50,039 nucleotides of DNA from Catajapyx aquilonaris (GCA_000934665.2 JYFJ02002838.1:1-50039); one strand, 5' to 3'. Shown: positions 12,036 through 26,520, counted from the first letter of the stretch. A program made the numbers and translations. The notes: generated by a model not told the origin, from the letters alone.

Positions 12036-13276
12036 AACTCCAATTTGGTGTTCCCGAGCATATTATTCTCACGTTCGATTTAAATTAAAATTAAAAGAAG
12101 GCGCTTGAAATACTTTTCACTCTCATGAATACATTTGTTATTAACGTCTTTATCGAGTACGTGACGGTATGACGTCATAATTATGTCTGGCTACGTGCCA
12201 CGCCGTATCCGACCATGTACAGTACAGTACTCCCGGTTCCTCAAGGTCTTCCTATTTTTTCTCTCTGCACCGCTCCCATCAACCATTGCGTATTTCCCAT
12301 CATCCTGTGCGGTTGGGGACTATAATATTGAGCCGCCTCCACGTAAGTAATTTAGTCACACTTGGCAATCACATTATCACTTTTTAGTCCAGGAATGGGT
12401 ACATTCGAAGGAAATAATTTCATATTGAGAGACCGAATGTGGCAGGGGTAGGGGCACGCTGTACCAACATACTCCTTGCCGGCGGATACACACCATCCTT
12501 CAGCGGATCCACGCCTATCTTTCAGCAGATACAAGTCAGCCTAGGAAAATAGGTAAAAGTGCGGGGTCTCCCGATATGAAAGCGTAGGGCCCATTAGAAT
12601 CTAATGACGCAGTTATAAAAATTTGCAACTGAGCTTTTATAGTGTAGTAGGATGTTGTACTGGTGTCGAGTATAGGTATCATACTTGTATAGCCATTGCT
12701 GAAAGATAACATGACAATATTATTGTGCTCTCCGATAGAGCTGTCATTCTATAGTGTATTCAGCAAAAAAAAAAAAAAAAAAACCGCGTGGAGCCATCAT
12801 GGGAAAGGGAAACACCATTATCACCACGGGTCCACTTGAGTCTGAGGCGTTAAAAATCGTTTTTTGAGATAATAATACCGCTGGAGAGCGCAGCCATCTG
12901 GCTCCCTGCTGATCCACTCATCATTCAGAATAGCCCCATAGATCCTGTCAAAAAATTATAAAGTTTTGTCATTTCCACGCACACTTTCCTGGGCACATCA
13001 TGTCTTTTGTTTCGCTCGAAATTGGCTTTTTTCAGCCAAACTTCAGATGAAATGCAGTTAAAAAATCCCAGCCCCTGCTGATCTTAGTGAGATGATAAAT
13101 TTCCTAAGGCTGGAAGATGTAGGAAAAAGGGACCATAAGTTTTCAGAAACTGGGCAAAAAATTCCACATCATTGCGCTTATTATTAATTGTTGACAAAAA
13201 AAAAATCAACAATTAATTACAAACGCCTACCAAGTTCGATCTTCCCTTCTTAAGTAACGACGCAGCAAATAAAAAC

Positions 13277-13475
13277 CCTATTTTGAATGTCCCTCGCAAA
13301 CTTGCTAAGGGCGTGGTCTAGCAAGTGTGTTGTGTCAGGAGGCCTGTCACCAACCCAAATTGCGAGAGTTCCTGGAAATCAATTCCCGCAATTTGGGTTG
13401 GCAAGAGTCCCAGCCACGTGACACTTGCGAGGCCACTCCTCCTAACAAGTTTGCAAGAAACATCTAAATTGTGGA
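13277..13475. mobile_element. Old MITE or inverted repeat
   Basis: About 55-bp imperfect inverted arms (atgtccctcgcaaacttgct...gtggtctagcaagtgt versus acacttgcgaggccac...acaagtttgcaagaaacat). No clear TSD. Confidence 0.55.
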
Positions 13476-13644
13476 CCCTGTTGATCTACGCTTCATACCA
13501 ACAGTAAGGGAGATCAGTATCGGTTGTAACACTTTTTAGTCTGGATTTTTAAATATTCAGTTACATTATGCATTTAGGCAAATATTTATGACGTGGTGGA
13601 AATAAGGGAACATTCTTCTTTGTAAAATTAACTTATGAAATCTT

Positions 13645-14004
13645 GGGAAGGTGTGGTGGCCGAGATGGTAACGTCTTTGGCTTGCTGAGTGAAAGGTCCC
13701 AGGTTCGATCCCCGCCTGGGAGTTCCCTTTCACCTGCGTCGGGAGGGTCTCTGACCTGCACCTTGGAGGTGTCTGGCAACCTAACCTCCTGGGGGATTGC
13801 ACATGGCCCAAACTTGAGACAGTGCACCTTCACCCGTGTCCCCTCCCCGAAAATCCCTATCCTTACCCAATCTCCATGATTCCCTGCACCGGAGTGAAGT
13901 TAACATAGAAAATTGAGGAAAAATGGCGGTGTTCCACCCCCCTATAGAACCCGTAAGGGTCATCACGGAGTACAATAAATAAATAAAATAAGTAATAAAC
14001 ATGT
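13645..14004 (+). mobile_element. tRNA-derived SINE, family A
   Basis: A box tggccgagatgg, B box ggttcgatcc, (AATA)n tail, short flanking repeat aaatctt. Confidence 0.9.
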
Positions 14005-14212
14005 TAAAATCTTAAGACTAAAAATTGATAGATTTATAAATACTTTTCAAATGCAAGGCAGAGTGTTACAACCGAGACCATCATATCGGGACGATTGTAA
14101 CATTGGGCGGGTTCGATCGTTGACATAAATGGTAAATGTAATATGGAAGAACAGTTTACACCCACTCATCTTCTCGACAATTGTCTTATAGCCTACTTGA
14201 TCTACCTGGATT

Positions 14213-14560
14213 GGTTTATATATTTACGTTACCCCGTGATAGGGCCAGAGGCCCGTATAGGGGGGTGGAATACCACCATTTTTCCTTCAATTTTCTGATT
14301 TTTCTTCTAACTCCGGTGCAAGGATGAAAGGGCATGGGGTAAGGATGGGGATTTTTTTGGGGAGGGAACATGGGTGCAAGTGCAAAGTCTGATATGGGGT
14401 CATGTGCTGTTCCCCAGGAGGTTAGGTTGCCAGACACCTCCTTGGTGCATGTCAGAGACCCTCCTGACGCAGGTGAAAGGGAACTCCCAGGCGGGAATCG
14501 AACCTGGGACCTTTCACTCAGCAAGCCAAGACGTTACCATCTCGACCACCACACCTCCCC
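14213..14560 (-). mobile_element. tRNA-derived SINE, family A
   Basis: Homologous to the other family A copies; 14-bp TSD gatc(t/c)acctggatt at 14199-14212 and 14561-14574. Confidence 0.9.
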
Positions 14561-15700
14561 GATCCACCTGGATTACTCGTTATCTCTCGATACACTGGAA
14601 TTTATTCAGCAGATAAGTATTACAAGTGAAAGGATTTTTTATTGATATAAACTGGTTTTATATGAGGGTTTATTGCATAAAATAATATTTATTTCTACTC
14701 TCGCTGTCAAATATGTAGCTGTAACATATGTACACAGACTTGACCTTTCATGAATTTACCATGTTACAACGGACCCCATATTGGTCCAAAAGTGCATAAG
14801 ACCGATTTTTCCATTGACGACTCAGTCAGATTGGGTCATTTGATCCACACAATCGAGCAATCTCGTTCACATGCAAGACACCGTCAAGAGAGATGCGTCG
14901 TCAGCCTTACAAGTAATACCACGAGCATCCTTTCTGTAACGCAGCCGATTTCACCTATCGCTGGCTGTCCTCTGACATTGGGACCTACCCACCCTCCCAC
15001 CATATTGAACGCATGCGTCCAAAGCGCGCTTATTTTGCCAAAAAAGTGTCGGCGCCTGGCCGACACCAAACAGGTTGGCTGCAGCGGTGCTCCAAGCCAG
15101 AAGTGGGTTTGGGACTGGTCTGATCGGAAGCCGGGTGTACGTGTCTTCCGGGGAAGACGGCTGTACCAGGTGAGGCACAGTGATTTTTTTTGGGAGGGAA
15201 ATAGTTTTGTCTCCTGGGCAATTATAGTTTGTATTAATTAAATCCATTAAGCGGATTAGAAGTTGGCGGCAAATATCACATGGGAGGTGTTGATGTAATG
15301 TAGTATAATTTGGTGCTTCCTGGTTGTATGCTGACCACATTGTACACAGTGGCGTACCGTGCAGGAACGCAGCCATATATAGTAAAATCATTGGAGTCAA
15401 ATGAGGTTTGCTCATTTGCCATTTTCTCACCGCTCGTCGCATCAGCACACAACCATCGCTGAGAGAAAGTGTAAGTGCAGACGTAATTTGCGATGTGCCT
15501 CGGTTTATGAAAGAGGACAACACGGCAAACTTGCCGGAAAAGGCTTTTCAACTTGATTTTCTTTAAGACTGACTGAAATTTGCATCAATACGAAACGAAA
15601 TTGCATCAATACGAAACGATGCGTTCAGGTAGGCCAATTAGGTTGATCAGTATGTTACTGCGGTAGGATAAAATATAAATAGCGAAAGTCTTTACATTTA

Positions 15701-15857
15701 CAGTAAAACCTCGATGTAACGCTCTTCAAGGGACCGCCCAAAAGTAGCGCTATAAGCGGGAAGAATTACCTTATGGAAAATGATCAAGGGACCGGAAAAG
15801 GGGGCGTTAAAAGCGGGAAAGCGTTATATACGGGAGCGTTAAATCGAGGTTTTACTG
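15701..15857. mobile_element. pogo/Tigger-like MITE
   Basis: TA|CAGTAAAACCTCGAT(G/T)TAACGCTC ... GAGCGTTAAATCGAGGTTTTACTG|TA. Confidence 0.9.
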
Positions 15858-17035
15858 TATATTTACTGTGTCAGTTGCCTAAGGTTCCTTACTACTAAGG
15901 CTGATAATTGCCGTAATTTATTGAGCGTCCTAATCGTTTTAATTACCTCACAACGAAGAATTATTATCGACAGAGTAATATGATTATGCCGCTAGCTCAT
16001 GTAGCTCATAACTGTAACCTAATGTCACTCCGACTTTGATTTGCAAAGGGAAAGTACGTGGATGATGAGCGATATTTTAGTACAATTTGTCCTTATTTTG
16101 CATTAGCAATGATATTATATGCGGCGCAAGTTGGGGCATTGACAGGGACGAACTAAACTTCCCGTTTTTATTACAGGAACGGATTAAATTAAGTAGAGCA
16201 TTTTGTGTCTTGCGTTTAAAAAAAAGGGGGAGACCTGCCGATTTTCTAAAGTAGCAAGCGTTTCGCTAAATATTCAGTCGGCATATTTCAGATACGCCAC
16301 TATGCATACACTTTAAGAACTTCTGAAAAGTCAGCTAATAAAACTGCTTATGCTGTGGAAAACCTCAAGAAAAAAAATTACTACCATGGTGGCATGCAGC
16401 CGCAAAATTAAAACACAATTCCGCACGTTTAATTACGTAAGCGTTGAAATTTTGCGGAATGGGAATCGCAGTCAGACTTTCCCTCAAGTTACTCCTCCCA
16501 GTTCGCAAACTTCACTGAGCTTGTCAACGGCACAGTACGACGCTAACGATGTTTCTATTCTTCCGAGTAAATTCGTCACAGAGCACAGATGGCTGGCGAA
16601 TATATCTCCCCCTTCCCCCCCATGGCGAAACAATAACTGACATTTCACGTCAAAATGAGTTATGTACCCTAGCTATATAGTCATACAGTGCAACCAGTGC
16701 AGAGGGTCACATTTTTGGTGGTAACTGTGAGTCCATTATAGAGACGGAGATACGCCACTTTTGTTGTCGAAGTCGCTAAAATATATTGCGACCTTTTGGG
16801 GGACATATCCACCCCCCCAGTTTTTCAGTCCCTGTGTTGACGCTTTTACGATTTGCTACAAGCATTATTTCATCCAGACCACTTTCAACAAATTGGATGT
16901 GCATGATATTTTGGGTTATACGCCATAGAAACTCCATCTGAAATTATTAGCGCACACGTAGCGATGTCTAGTGGCTGAGAGTTTCAGAACGGATAGTGGT
17001 TGTAATATATTCCAAATTTAAAATTGTCGTATTTA

Positions 17036-17292
17036 TTTTATTTTATTTTATTTATTTATCATACTCTGTGCTATAGAGCCTTTGGCTCCCTTAGGGGGGT
17101 GGATTACCACCATTGGATGGGACCAGGGATAGGGAAGGATGGAAGCGGCTGTGGCCTATTTTTACGGAAACGACCCCGGAATTGTCCTGGCGGGGACCAT
17201 GGAAAACCACAGCAAACCATGGGTCCCCGGGATTCGAACCCACCTCCCGATTAGCAGGCGGGCTCCTTATCCCCTACACCAACCTGTTTCGG
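17036..17292 (-). mobile_element. tRNA-derived SINE, family B
   Basis: B box gggttcgaatcc on the minus strand; A-rich tail; 17-bp TSD taaaattgtcgtattta at 17019-17035 and 17293-17309; homologous to 32824-33117. Confidence 0.9.
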
Positions 17293-18327
17293 TAAAATTG
17301 TCGTATTTACATAACTAGGTAGCATTTTTCTACATGGCTAGTCGTATTCATAATGAGCCAGGAAAGCCAGAATTTTCCGCCTTAGTTCAAAGAAGAATAA
17401 AAATGTCCCCAAAATTTCAGTCAAAATTATTTGACTTTTCCAACCGCATATCTAGAACTTTTTGCCCAATTTGACTGCTTTAGGTTTAAATCGAGTCGGA
17501 ATAATCTGGACCAGCAAAAATGCGCATTTGTGGTTGACGTGCGTAGGTTGAGCGAAACTTCCGGTGCGCTCACAGAAAATCGCGTATTATGCGAACTTAT
17601 TTGATAGACAAAATCTGAATCCGGAGTATATGCTATACCCTGATTATCCGGGAACCGTAATGTGGAAGTTTGGTTAAAATGACGTCAGTAGTGGAAATGG
17701 CGCCTACTTTTCCTCGAGAAACAGCGTCACGCGCTATTGCCCGTGTTCAAGCGGATATTTCCAGGCTCTGAAACCCGATTGGTTCATTTCAAATTCAAGG
17801 ACACATCTTGCACTGGAAGAGGAGAAGAGCTGGACAGGTGCATCGTCGCTTCTCCTCTTCTATACAAATAATGTTCGTTGGTGTGGCACTTTTCCAATAT
17901 TTTCCATGCGAAATATTGCGTAGGCTTGGAAAGTGAGGTTTCGCTGTGGGAAGGAACACCGCGAAAAAATAACATCTCCAGGAAAAATGCAAATATCGGG
18001 GTGGTGAGAAGGTGGTGCGATCGTGCCAGATTTATGCTAAGGAAGATCGTGTAGGAAGAGTGGAGACGGGAGTGGAAGTGGATCTAGATATAGTACCCTG
18101 TTGCGTTGTAGAAATAATAACCATTTTGGCCTGACCCATCACCAGAACTGATAAATCATATTGGCCCTATATGGTTCTGAAACTACAGTGGTTATTTATT
18201 TATTTATAATTAAATCGAGCAATTAATTTTAATTTTATTCCTATATGTTTACGATTATCTGCTATCCATTATGCTCTATTCAACAATACAACGCATTTTT
18301 CTCAAAAAAAAAAATATAACGAAGTTA

Positions 18328-18519
18328 AGGCCGGTATCCACGTACGAGAATCTCGCATACGAGGAGCCGCGAAGAGCCAACTGCGCATGCCCAGATACGA
18401 GGAAAGGGGGAAAAAGTAGAGAATTTTCTACTTTTCCCCCCTTTCCTCGTATCTGGGCATGCGCAGTTGGCTCCTCGCGGCTCCTCGTATGCGAGATTCT
18501 CGTACGTGGATACCGGCCT
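18328..18519. mobile_element. PIF/Harbinger-like MITE forming a near-perfect 192-bp palindrome
   Basis: TTA|AGGCCGGTATCCACGTACGAG...CTCGTACGTGGATACCGGCCT|TTA. Arms of about 93 bp with about 2 mismatches and essentially no spacer. Confidence 0.92.
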
Positions 18520-21500
18520 TTAGTCTTGAAAGCTACTGGTTACAAAATCCTTCATTGCCTGTGCAAGCCTTCCGATTGGCCCTTGCCACATATTGTTACC
18601 AGCGCCGCTTCCCATTGGCCCTAGTTCTACGCATGCGCAGTGGGGTGAGAAACATTCCATTCGTATTCTGACGGGCGGAGAGTGCACATCTGCCACCACC
18701 TCTCCCGTAACACCTCGTCGTGTCCAAATCACGGTGACCTCACAGCAGGGTAGTAGGGGGGAGTGGAGGGAGGTAGCAGGATAGATGGAACGCGTACTAA
18801 AATCGAACCTACACTACAGTCGGGATCTGTTGTTATCAGTGGTGCCTACTTCAAGGACGTTTATAAATAAAATAATTTCAGTTTGTAGCGAGGTCCTTAC
18901 CCCCGCGCCCCTGGCGGGAAGAGAGGGTAGGGATATGATTGGGGGATGGGTATAATCACTGGCTATAAGTCCGAAGCGATTAAAAATACGGTGTCCACCG
19001 CACGCGAGTGGTTTTCTACGCCTGCGCCATAGATAAATGCGCTATTCTTTTGTGTCCATAGGCGTAATAAAAAGACAAAAATGTAGATGTACTGGCGACA
19101 GGTGGTGATAACTTAGTGAAATGCACAGCTGCTCTCTTAGCTCCTTTTCGTGCACCTGTGTCAGAAGAAAGGGTTTCATCGGAGCACGTTTTGGCATCCT
19201 ACAGTACGTGTTAGCTGAGAAGAAAACTTGAAGAAGCCATTTGAAAGTTTCTGGCAGGGTAACAGTGCGGCGCAAACTTGAGGATAAAATCCTTTATGTT
19301 TTCTAGTCCGATCGTTCGACTGAAGTGTTCAAGACTCTACAAATAGGAATGTGCTGGTGTAGCATGCGAAAACAACTTGTTTCACCATCTTCAATGTACT
19401 CAATCGCATTTCGGACAAGCTAAATGCGTTACCGTGCAACTTCACCTTAAATTTTTTTTAGCGTGTTTTCGATCTACTCTTTGATACACTCTGACTTGGA
19501 CCTTTGAGTAGGCTATACTACAGGAAACTGTGTATTAGGATGTTCTGATGTGGGTTTTCTCGGTATCCTCCTATTGCTTCACACTGTCAAAATCTATCAA
19601 CAGCGCAGGTAATACACTATTGGCAATATTGACACAAAATATGTGACAGATACAATAGAATGTGACAAAACGAGCAGTTTGTGGCATGCGCAATAAGCAG
19701 TAGAACAATTTTAAAAATAAATCACGACGTCTTCTCATTAGGAGAATGGTCTCTAGAGACGTCAGGACCAAACTGCCACCTGTTCAGACAGGCCCACCTG
19801 GGTGGTCCAGATTCATGACGGACTACAACAGAGAATACGGTGGGATCCCTGGAGTGCACTAAAGTTGTTGTGGTTTAAACATTTACACAAGATGGGATTT
19901 ATGTGCAGAGGGACATCGTAGGCTACGCCGATTTAAATGTCACTCTAGGAATCTGCCACTGACAGTGAAAAAACAGTCCAGACGTACCTGTCACTCACTT
20001 CAGCATACATAGGCTACCTATTTGTAAGACCGCATTATTCTGCATTTGGATTCGCCAGAATGTTGCCATTCAATTTCTTTTTGCGTCATTGGCTGTATGA
20101 CCTTCTTGAATGACACAAGAGGACAACTATACTGATGTGTATTACTGTGAAGATTTCCTGCGTAGAAGGACCACTTTATACTCCATATAGTCCATACACA
20201 ACCATATGTGTGTTAAAGACTTGAAATTGTGCCATTTTTGTGTTGGCGGATCTACAGAGTCAGTTAATATTACGCAAAGCAGATGTGGGATTTCAAAAAT
20301 CAAATATTAATTCAGTAAAACTGCAGTCTGGTATAGATTTGAGAGGCTTTAATAACGTTCAGTTATGCCTTTATTGTCAGTAATTATTAGCTACCCGAAC
20401 AGATTGGTGTTGTCTGACTGCATAAATAATTAACATAATGAGACCGGTTATTGTGGCAGGGTATATCAAATTGAATTAGTATTAGGTATCTCTGAAGCTC
20501 TGCAATTTAAAACGGTAATTTCTTAGAAATAGTGGCTACAAAGAGATGCCTCTGTTGATTAGTGTAATCCCTATAACAAATACTAATACCAGCATAATGT
20601 TTATCGCCACCTTTACTTGTAGTTTCATTACAACTGAAACCACAAACGCCACTCTCTAGAATACCGCGTTCGTTTAAGTTTTGTTGGGTTAAATTTTCCT
20701 TCTTTGTATATCGGTACATAGTGTTTCCGATCTGGACTCACAAGTGACTTAGTTCATGCTTGAAGGTTTTTGCCAAATAAAAGTTTCTATAAACTCTACG
20801 GCGAATGTTTCTCATTGAATATATTTAGTTTTTATATAAATACCTGACTACAGAACAAAGTTCCATTTTAGGTGAAATATAGTTAGGTACTCTGTAATAT
20901 GAGCTTGAAGATTATAAATAATTGCTGTTCTCGTGAAGAAATTACAGTGCTCTGCAGAAGTTTGATTAGTCATAGCGAATATCCCTGTGCATTATTTTAC
21001 CCCGTCATAATCATGACTTTAAAATAATTACTTTGAATTGGCCTATTTCATCGAATAGAGTATACCTGTCTGATAGTACTTTTCGTGAAATATGCACACC
21101 GTTTAATTCAAGATTCGATAACATTTAAGAAATGCATGTCACGTTAATTCTGATACATCAGTTTCTGTAATGTCGCTTTGTAAAATTTCTGGAATTTCTG
21201 ACACTACAAGTACGTGAAGCAGATGATGGGCTGATGACATGCCAATTTATATGTAATAGAATAATGTTGAAAGCCAAGTAAAATCACGTCCAACTACACC
21301 CGATTATACCAAAATTCAGTAAGTGCTGAGCTGAACAGTTTCAGGTAAAGCCCCATCACAAAGATAAGCCAATTTGTAATAATAATTCTTGGAATAAAAT
21401 ATATCAGTCATTGATATACATTAAAATTTAATCAACATTAATGCACAGTTCAGAGTTGAACATGTCATGATCTTTAATCAGGCATATGTGGCACAGATGA

Positions 21501-23870
21501 CAGTACATTGTTACTATATGCCTGAAAATAGCCATTTTTGTCAAAAAAAATGCATTACTGCCAAGGAAAAAAAATCAGCTGCGGAAAAGGTTGCGTAATA
21601 TTACCTCTTCAGGGTATTTGTTCTTTCACTATCGATCCTAAAAGGGATAGAACTTGGGTAGCTTGAATTCGTGACGATTCATTGAGGATGATTAAGAGGA
21701 TGATTGAAAACCGTATTCGCGACTATGGTAACCCTGCATTACAGCAAGTAGATTACTCTCTTTCCCGTGTTGTTTGCCGAACACTTTGCCATCTGCCTGT
21801 ACCTTCATCACTCCCACGTTGCTCACTCCTCCGCAAAATTTGTGGCCTGCTATATGCAAGAGATGACCCCTCAATTCTCAAGTGTTGCCTCGCCGCTTCT
21901 GCAACTTCCGCTACCTAAATGTTTGTCGTCACTGACACATGTTTCTAACATCTAAGGTTCAGGGTGGTAGAACTATACAACTGATAAGAATTAATTTGTC
22001 CCTACAGGGGGCTTCATAATGATGCATATAAACATCTAGATGAGATCTTGTTGGGTATTGGAATATCACTTATGTAGAGGTGTAATTTGGTCTTGAAAGT
22101 CTCGTTACGGAGATAATTGGCGAAATGTAGAAATTACATTACATCCTTTGATCGCTATGGGGACCAATTGCCGCCTCCACATAAAGTAACCCGTTTGAGT
22201 CCAGGACTTGGCCATAGTTTGTCTAAATCGACATGTAACATCATGTATAATATTATTGAAATGGTAAAGTTTAACAACATATAATTTATACACAGCTAAA
22301 ACTGGCTAAGGGAGCCCAGGCCGGGATTCGATCCTCGTACTTCCTGAGTGGAAGTCACGCCATACCCTGCTCTCCGACAAAGTGCCTTGTTCTTCCCCTG
22401 AATGATAAATTCTCAAGACTATATGCCCTTTACTTGCGCACTAGATTTTTTGACCTGTTTCTCATTGTTGAGATAAGCGGTTTCCTGACTAAGTTTGCTG
22501 GTGTCCATCTGACAGTCGGGGAATACTGACACGCACGTAGTTTTGATATAAATTGTTGTAGATGAAACCAGTTTGGCCTATGTTAAGCTTAGTTTGCTTC
22601 AAACAGACGAGGCAAACATTTCTCAGCATAAATATGCATAGATTTTAAACTCATTATAGTGCTGCTTATTTCCTTAATAGGAAGGCATAAAAGCGAGGCG
22701 CGGTGTTGAATAGTACAGTACGATATATCTCGGATTTAGCTCGACCTTTCAATATACCGTGCAGGTAAATGAGGAGGAATTTGGACATTTGTATTTAATT
22801 ATTTTCGTTGTTGTATTGCGGCTAACACACGTGATTAATTTCTTAATGTCAAAATTTCATGCAACCATTGAACCCTCAGCCGTAGTTTTAATTAACAGAC
22901 TCAATATATTTATTGGGAGAGAGACAGGTCCGATATGTTGTCCTTACGCCTGCGGGTTATGATACACGTGCTACAAGGGTGTGGTTGCATAACAGGTCAG
23001 GATGAAGGCGAAGGACATGGATTTCCTTTCACTGGACCATGTGCATGTTACGTGATAGTCCTTTGGCTAACTTCACCGTGACATACAGTGTTCCTATTTA
23101 AATGATAGGAGTTAGCGATTTTTCGGTTGACATCTGCTTTATAGAGTTTATCCGGCATATTCATTTAGTGCATGAGCTAATTTGACAAACATACTGTATC
23201 CTACATAATAGTCGCAGTAACATTGGATTATACATAATTACCACTACATAATAATTTAAATATACACACATGGCTGTTCAAATTGTACACGTCAAGTGAC
23301 CATTCTCAGAAGGCGATTTTCTGTACAGAGTATGAGTTCAACATTTTTTTTAGCAGGAGGAAGCTAGGAGAACCATTGAATTCTGACTTCGCCCATACAT
23401 TATTTTCATTTTGTGACTGGCTAGATGCTCTCATAGATATTTGCGCAAAGCACCTTCCGCCACTCACCGTAGATCAGATCCATTCAAGATGTAAGCCTCT
23501 GTGACGCATCTTCTATACCAAATGCTTCTGTAACCTAGAGTAGAAAGAGTCCGTTTACCATCCGTATAGGCTACGCTTTACATTAACAAGTACCATTAGG
23601 CTAGTACTAGTATCAGAGCAAGAGCTTAATGCTTGCAGGAAAGGCCATCTGACAGTTATTCGAGAATGTCGAGTGATTAATTGTTGCAGGGAAATGCTTT
23701 CTGCTTCGGCAGTGCCGGAAATCCCTCAACAATGCTTGGACCTCCAGAGTGTATAGTCTAAGGAAGTTGCTGTTTCCTTTCATAGACGAAAGAGTGATAA
23801 CTATACTGGTCTACAGGAGTAGCTTCGCCCAATATACACAATTTTAAATAATTTCTTTTCATTCTTTCAG

Positions 23871-23925
23871 CAGACAACAAAATCTGTCCGTGAAGAAGAA
23901 TACGGTGCGCTGTTCTACATTACCG
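23871..23925 (+). other. Candidate short internal exon, probably 5' UTR of the AstA receptor
   Basis: Strong acceptor atttcttttcattctttcag| (CAGCAG tandem acceptor) and donor ccg|gtaagc, on the same strand as the receptor. Confidence 0.4.
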
Positions 23926-25886
23926 GTAAGCCTTGTAATTGTTGTATTATAGGAATAGCCATTATCATGCAAGCGCAAGTAGGGGCATGCACTCTAAAAC
24001 CTATTGCAAACGACAAAAATACTCGGGAACGGAATAAACTTTACTGTTTGAGCGACCAAAATTCCAAATGTTTCCCAACTTGGGCCCTCGAGTACGCATT
24101 ATTAAGGATTGTTGACATCCGCCATCTTGGAAATCATTATTTTACACCATCATTTCAGGCCAGGAGTCACACTGGTACCACTCAGCTTGGTCAGCAGAAC
24201 TAACATTTCATCAATTTGTTTCCATTAATATTTATGCCTCGGACATAAATTTAAATGTAAGCTAGGCGTCTTCCAAAACATTGCACATAATTATTACACC
24301 AAAGCTAGAAGGAGGCTCAATCATTATCAAAGTAGGATCTGCAGAAGTTTATGCGGTCTGTATAAGCATTAAAAGTTCCCACGTATTACAAAATATGAAA
24401 ATGTTGATTTTACTTCAGTTTGATTTTTGAGAGCTAGAAAAAGATTCTTGGTGGATAACGTATCGCACGATGGAGAAACAGTGACTTGTAGATGACTGTA
24501 TCTCTATTAGTACAGTACGACAGATATATGGTATCGAATTTTTTTAGAATTTATGGAGGTGAAGGAAAGCGGTGGCCCGTTTCAAGTGGAATGATCCATA
24601 TGTAAACACAAATTTAAGAGTGTTGGACAAAAGACATAAACAAACAGAAAAAACTCTTCACCTATACCTATAATTTTAAAGGACATGCTACTCTTAGGAG
24701 GCGCGTTATAGATTCTCTTCGGCCGATATTTATGCCCTAGTTGTGTATAAGTCTATGAAATTTAGAAGGATGAAATTGTTTCCGTGGGAATATTTAATGA
24801 TCTTCTTAGCATACTCAATTCACTGGATCAACAGCTCATTTTCTGAAAGTTTCTTGATCCTATCACAATGCGATCAATCATTATACCCAACCCCAAGGCA
24901 TGAACACCACGGAGTCCCAACCGACTTGTGAGTGTAGGACAGTTTTCTAATTTTCCTACTATGATAGTGTGGAACACGTGTTTAACTACATGACACTCAC
25001 TGTTTCTCCCATGAAGTGATTCCTCCTATTGTAGTGTTTTAGCCACTGTATGTAGCGATAAGTAGTTATACGTAATATCACACTTCTGTCAGACAATTTT
25101 ACTATTAGGCAATATCCATGTTTGGAATACATTTACTTTGCAGGTGAATTTACTTTTGCAGGTGAAATAATCATAATTATGTGGCATTACCATTCTATCA
25201 AAATACATGCTAGCAGCTACTCCATTTCTGCATCACATAAAAATTCCATACTTCAACTAGGTCAAGTAGACAATATTCAAAACGGCAGACTCGATGCCAT
25301 TGTTTTGTTCTCGCACAATTTCTGTAACACTATACCGCTTTCTGCACGACATACGACCCCCCCTCCCCCCTACTGTATTTAAAACGACGGGAAATTTAAT
25401 ATCCCGCGTTTGATTCCTGTACTAGTGTAAAAAGTGGTTATACACTGACATCAAAACGCAAAATGCAACATATTGCATCCCTGCTGCCTCGCTCCTTATC
25501 CTAGAATTCTTATGAGGCCATAGAAGAGAGTTATGAGTGTTTTTATACTCCCAACCCCAAGTTAATAACTACATGTCCACACCCCTATGGCCATCTTCCT
25601 CTAATTCTTGTACTATAAGATTAAGTTGTAAAGAGGAAAAGTTTTGTAAGGGCTCTTCCCTCCGTCTCCCTCAATCTAACAGGTATATAGGTATCTCGAA
25701 TAAGGTCCGCGTAACCCGATACTAGCCTTTAAACTCTCGGAAGTGGGGAAGTTCCCTACACAGCATCCTAAGGGCTTCGGCCTTACTACTGGATGAAAGA
25801 ATCCGAATACTATTGAATTACATCTATTAATAGGTGTTACACTATCTGATTATTCAGGCTGCATCACAGTAACTGCTGCATTTAAA

Positions 25887-26115
25887 CAGGTGCGTAGGCA
25901 GGAAAATTTAGGAGGGAGGCTCATTTCAAAAGCATAAGGTCAACAAGCCGTAAAGACTTTAGGGGGTTCAAGGTCACACCAGCTTAGGTGAATGTGGGAG
26001 ATTTGATGAAATTGGTAGCAATGTTTCCAAAAAAACCATGAATTAGTAATTTCTAATGCTATTTCAAACATTTCGGAGAGGGGCCTGCCCCCCCCCCCCT
26101 CTGCCTACGCCACTG
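25887..26115. mobile_element. hAT-like MITE (CAG..GCGTAGGCAG TIR family)
   Basis: caggtgcgtaggcag ... ctgcctacgccactg; inverted homologue at 47225-47478; TSD not preserved. Confidence 0.75.
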
Positions 26116-26399
26116 AATCATATTATAAATAATTTTCGGAGGGGCATACACAGAATTGCGAAATATCAGGTTATCATGTAGTATTGCTCTAACAAAGGTT
26201 CGGCAAGACGACGCTAGATTAGGTACAGGAAAGTCGAGCTTGTTATCTAACCCGGACAGTGTTACGCCTCAGCTTCTTCGTACTGAAATTTAATAAATAA
26301 ATCATTAAAAGGGCAGAGGGGCGACATCTTTTTATAGCATCCATTTGATTACTTGAGAGGGAAAAAGTCGGTGGGTTACATCACTGAGGAAGTCTTGAG

Positions 26400-26520
26400 T
26401 AATGAGTAATGCGTCAGTCTGTCCTTCGGGAGGTGTTGGGGTCGATTCCCGAGTGCCTGCTATCCTGGCCAAGGTTTACTGTGGTTTTCCTTAGTCAATT
26501 TAAGGACAGTTCCCAAATAT
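26400..26520 (+). mobile_element. Degenerate SINE fragment related to family B
   Basis: B-box-like ggggtcgattccc followed by atcctggccaaggtttactgtggttttcc, which matches the reverse complement of the family B body. Confidence 0.5.

Noticed and set aside
14750..15551. Overlapping 163-aa and 190-aa ORFs
   Set aside because: No recognisable domain or consistent splice signals in any frame I read.
15576..15619. Tandem duplication of about 21 bp (also a 15-bp duplication at about 1233-1263)
   Set aside because: Ordinary local slippage duplications with no further structure.
21682..21955. Faint RTE-like RT C-terminal similarity (also about 43800-43900 and 46260-46330)
   Set aside because: Only a few residues match by eye; not supportable without a profile search.
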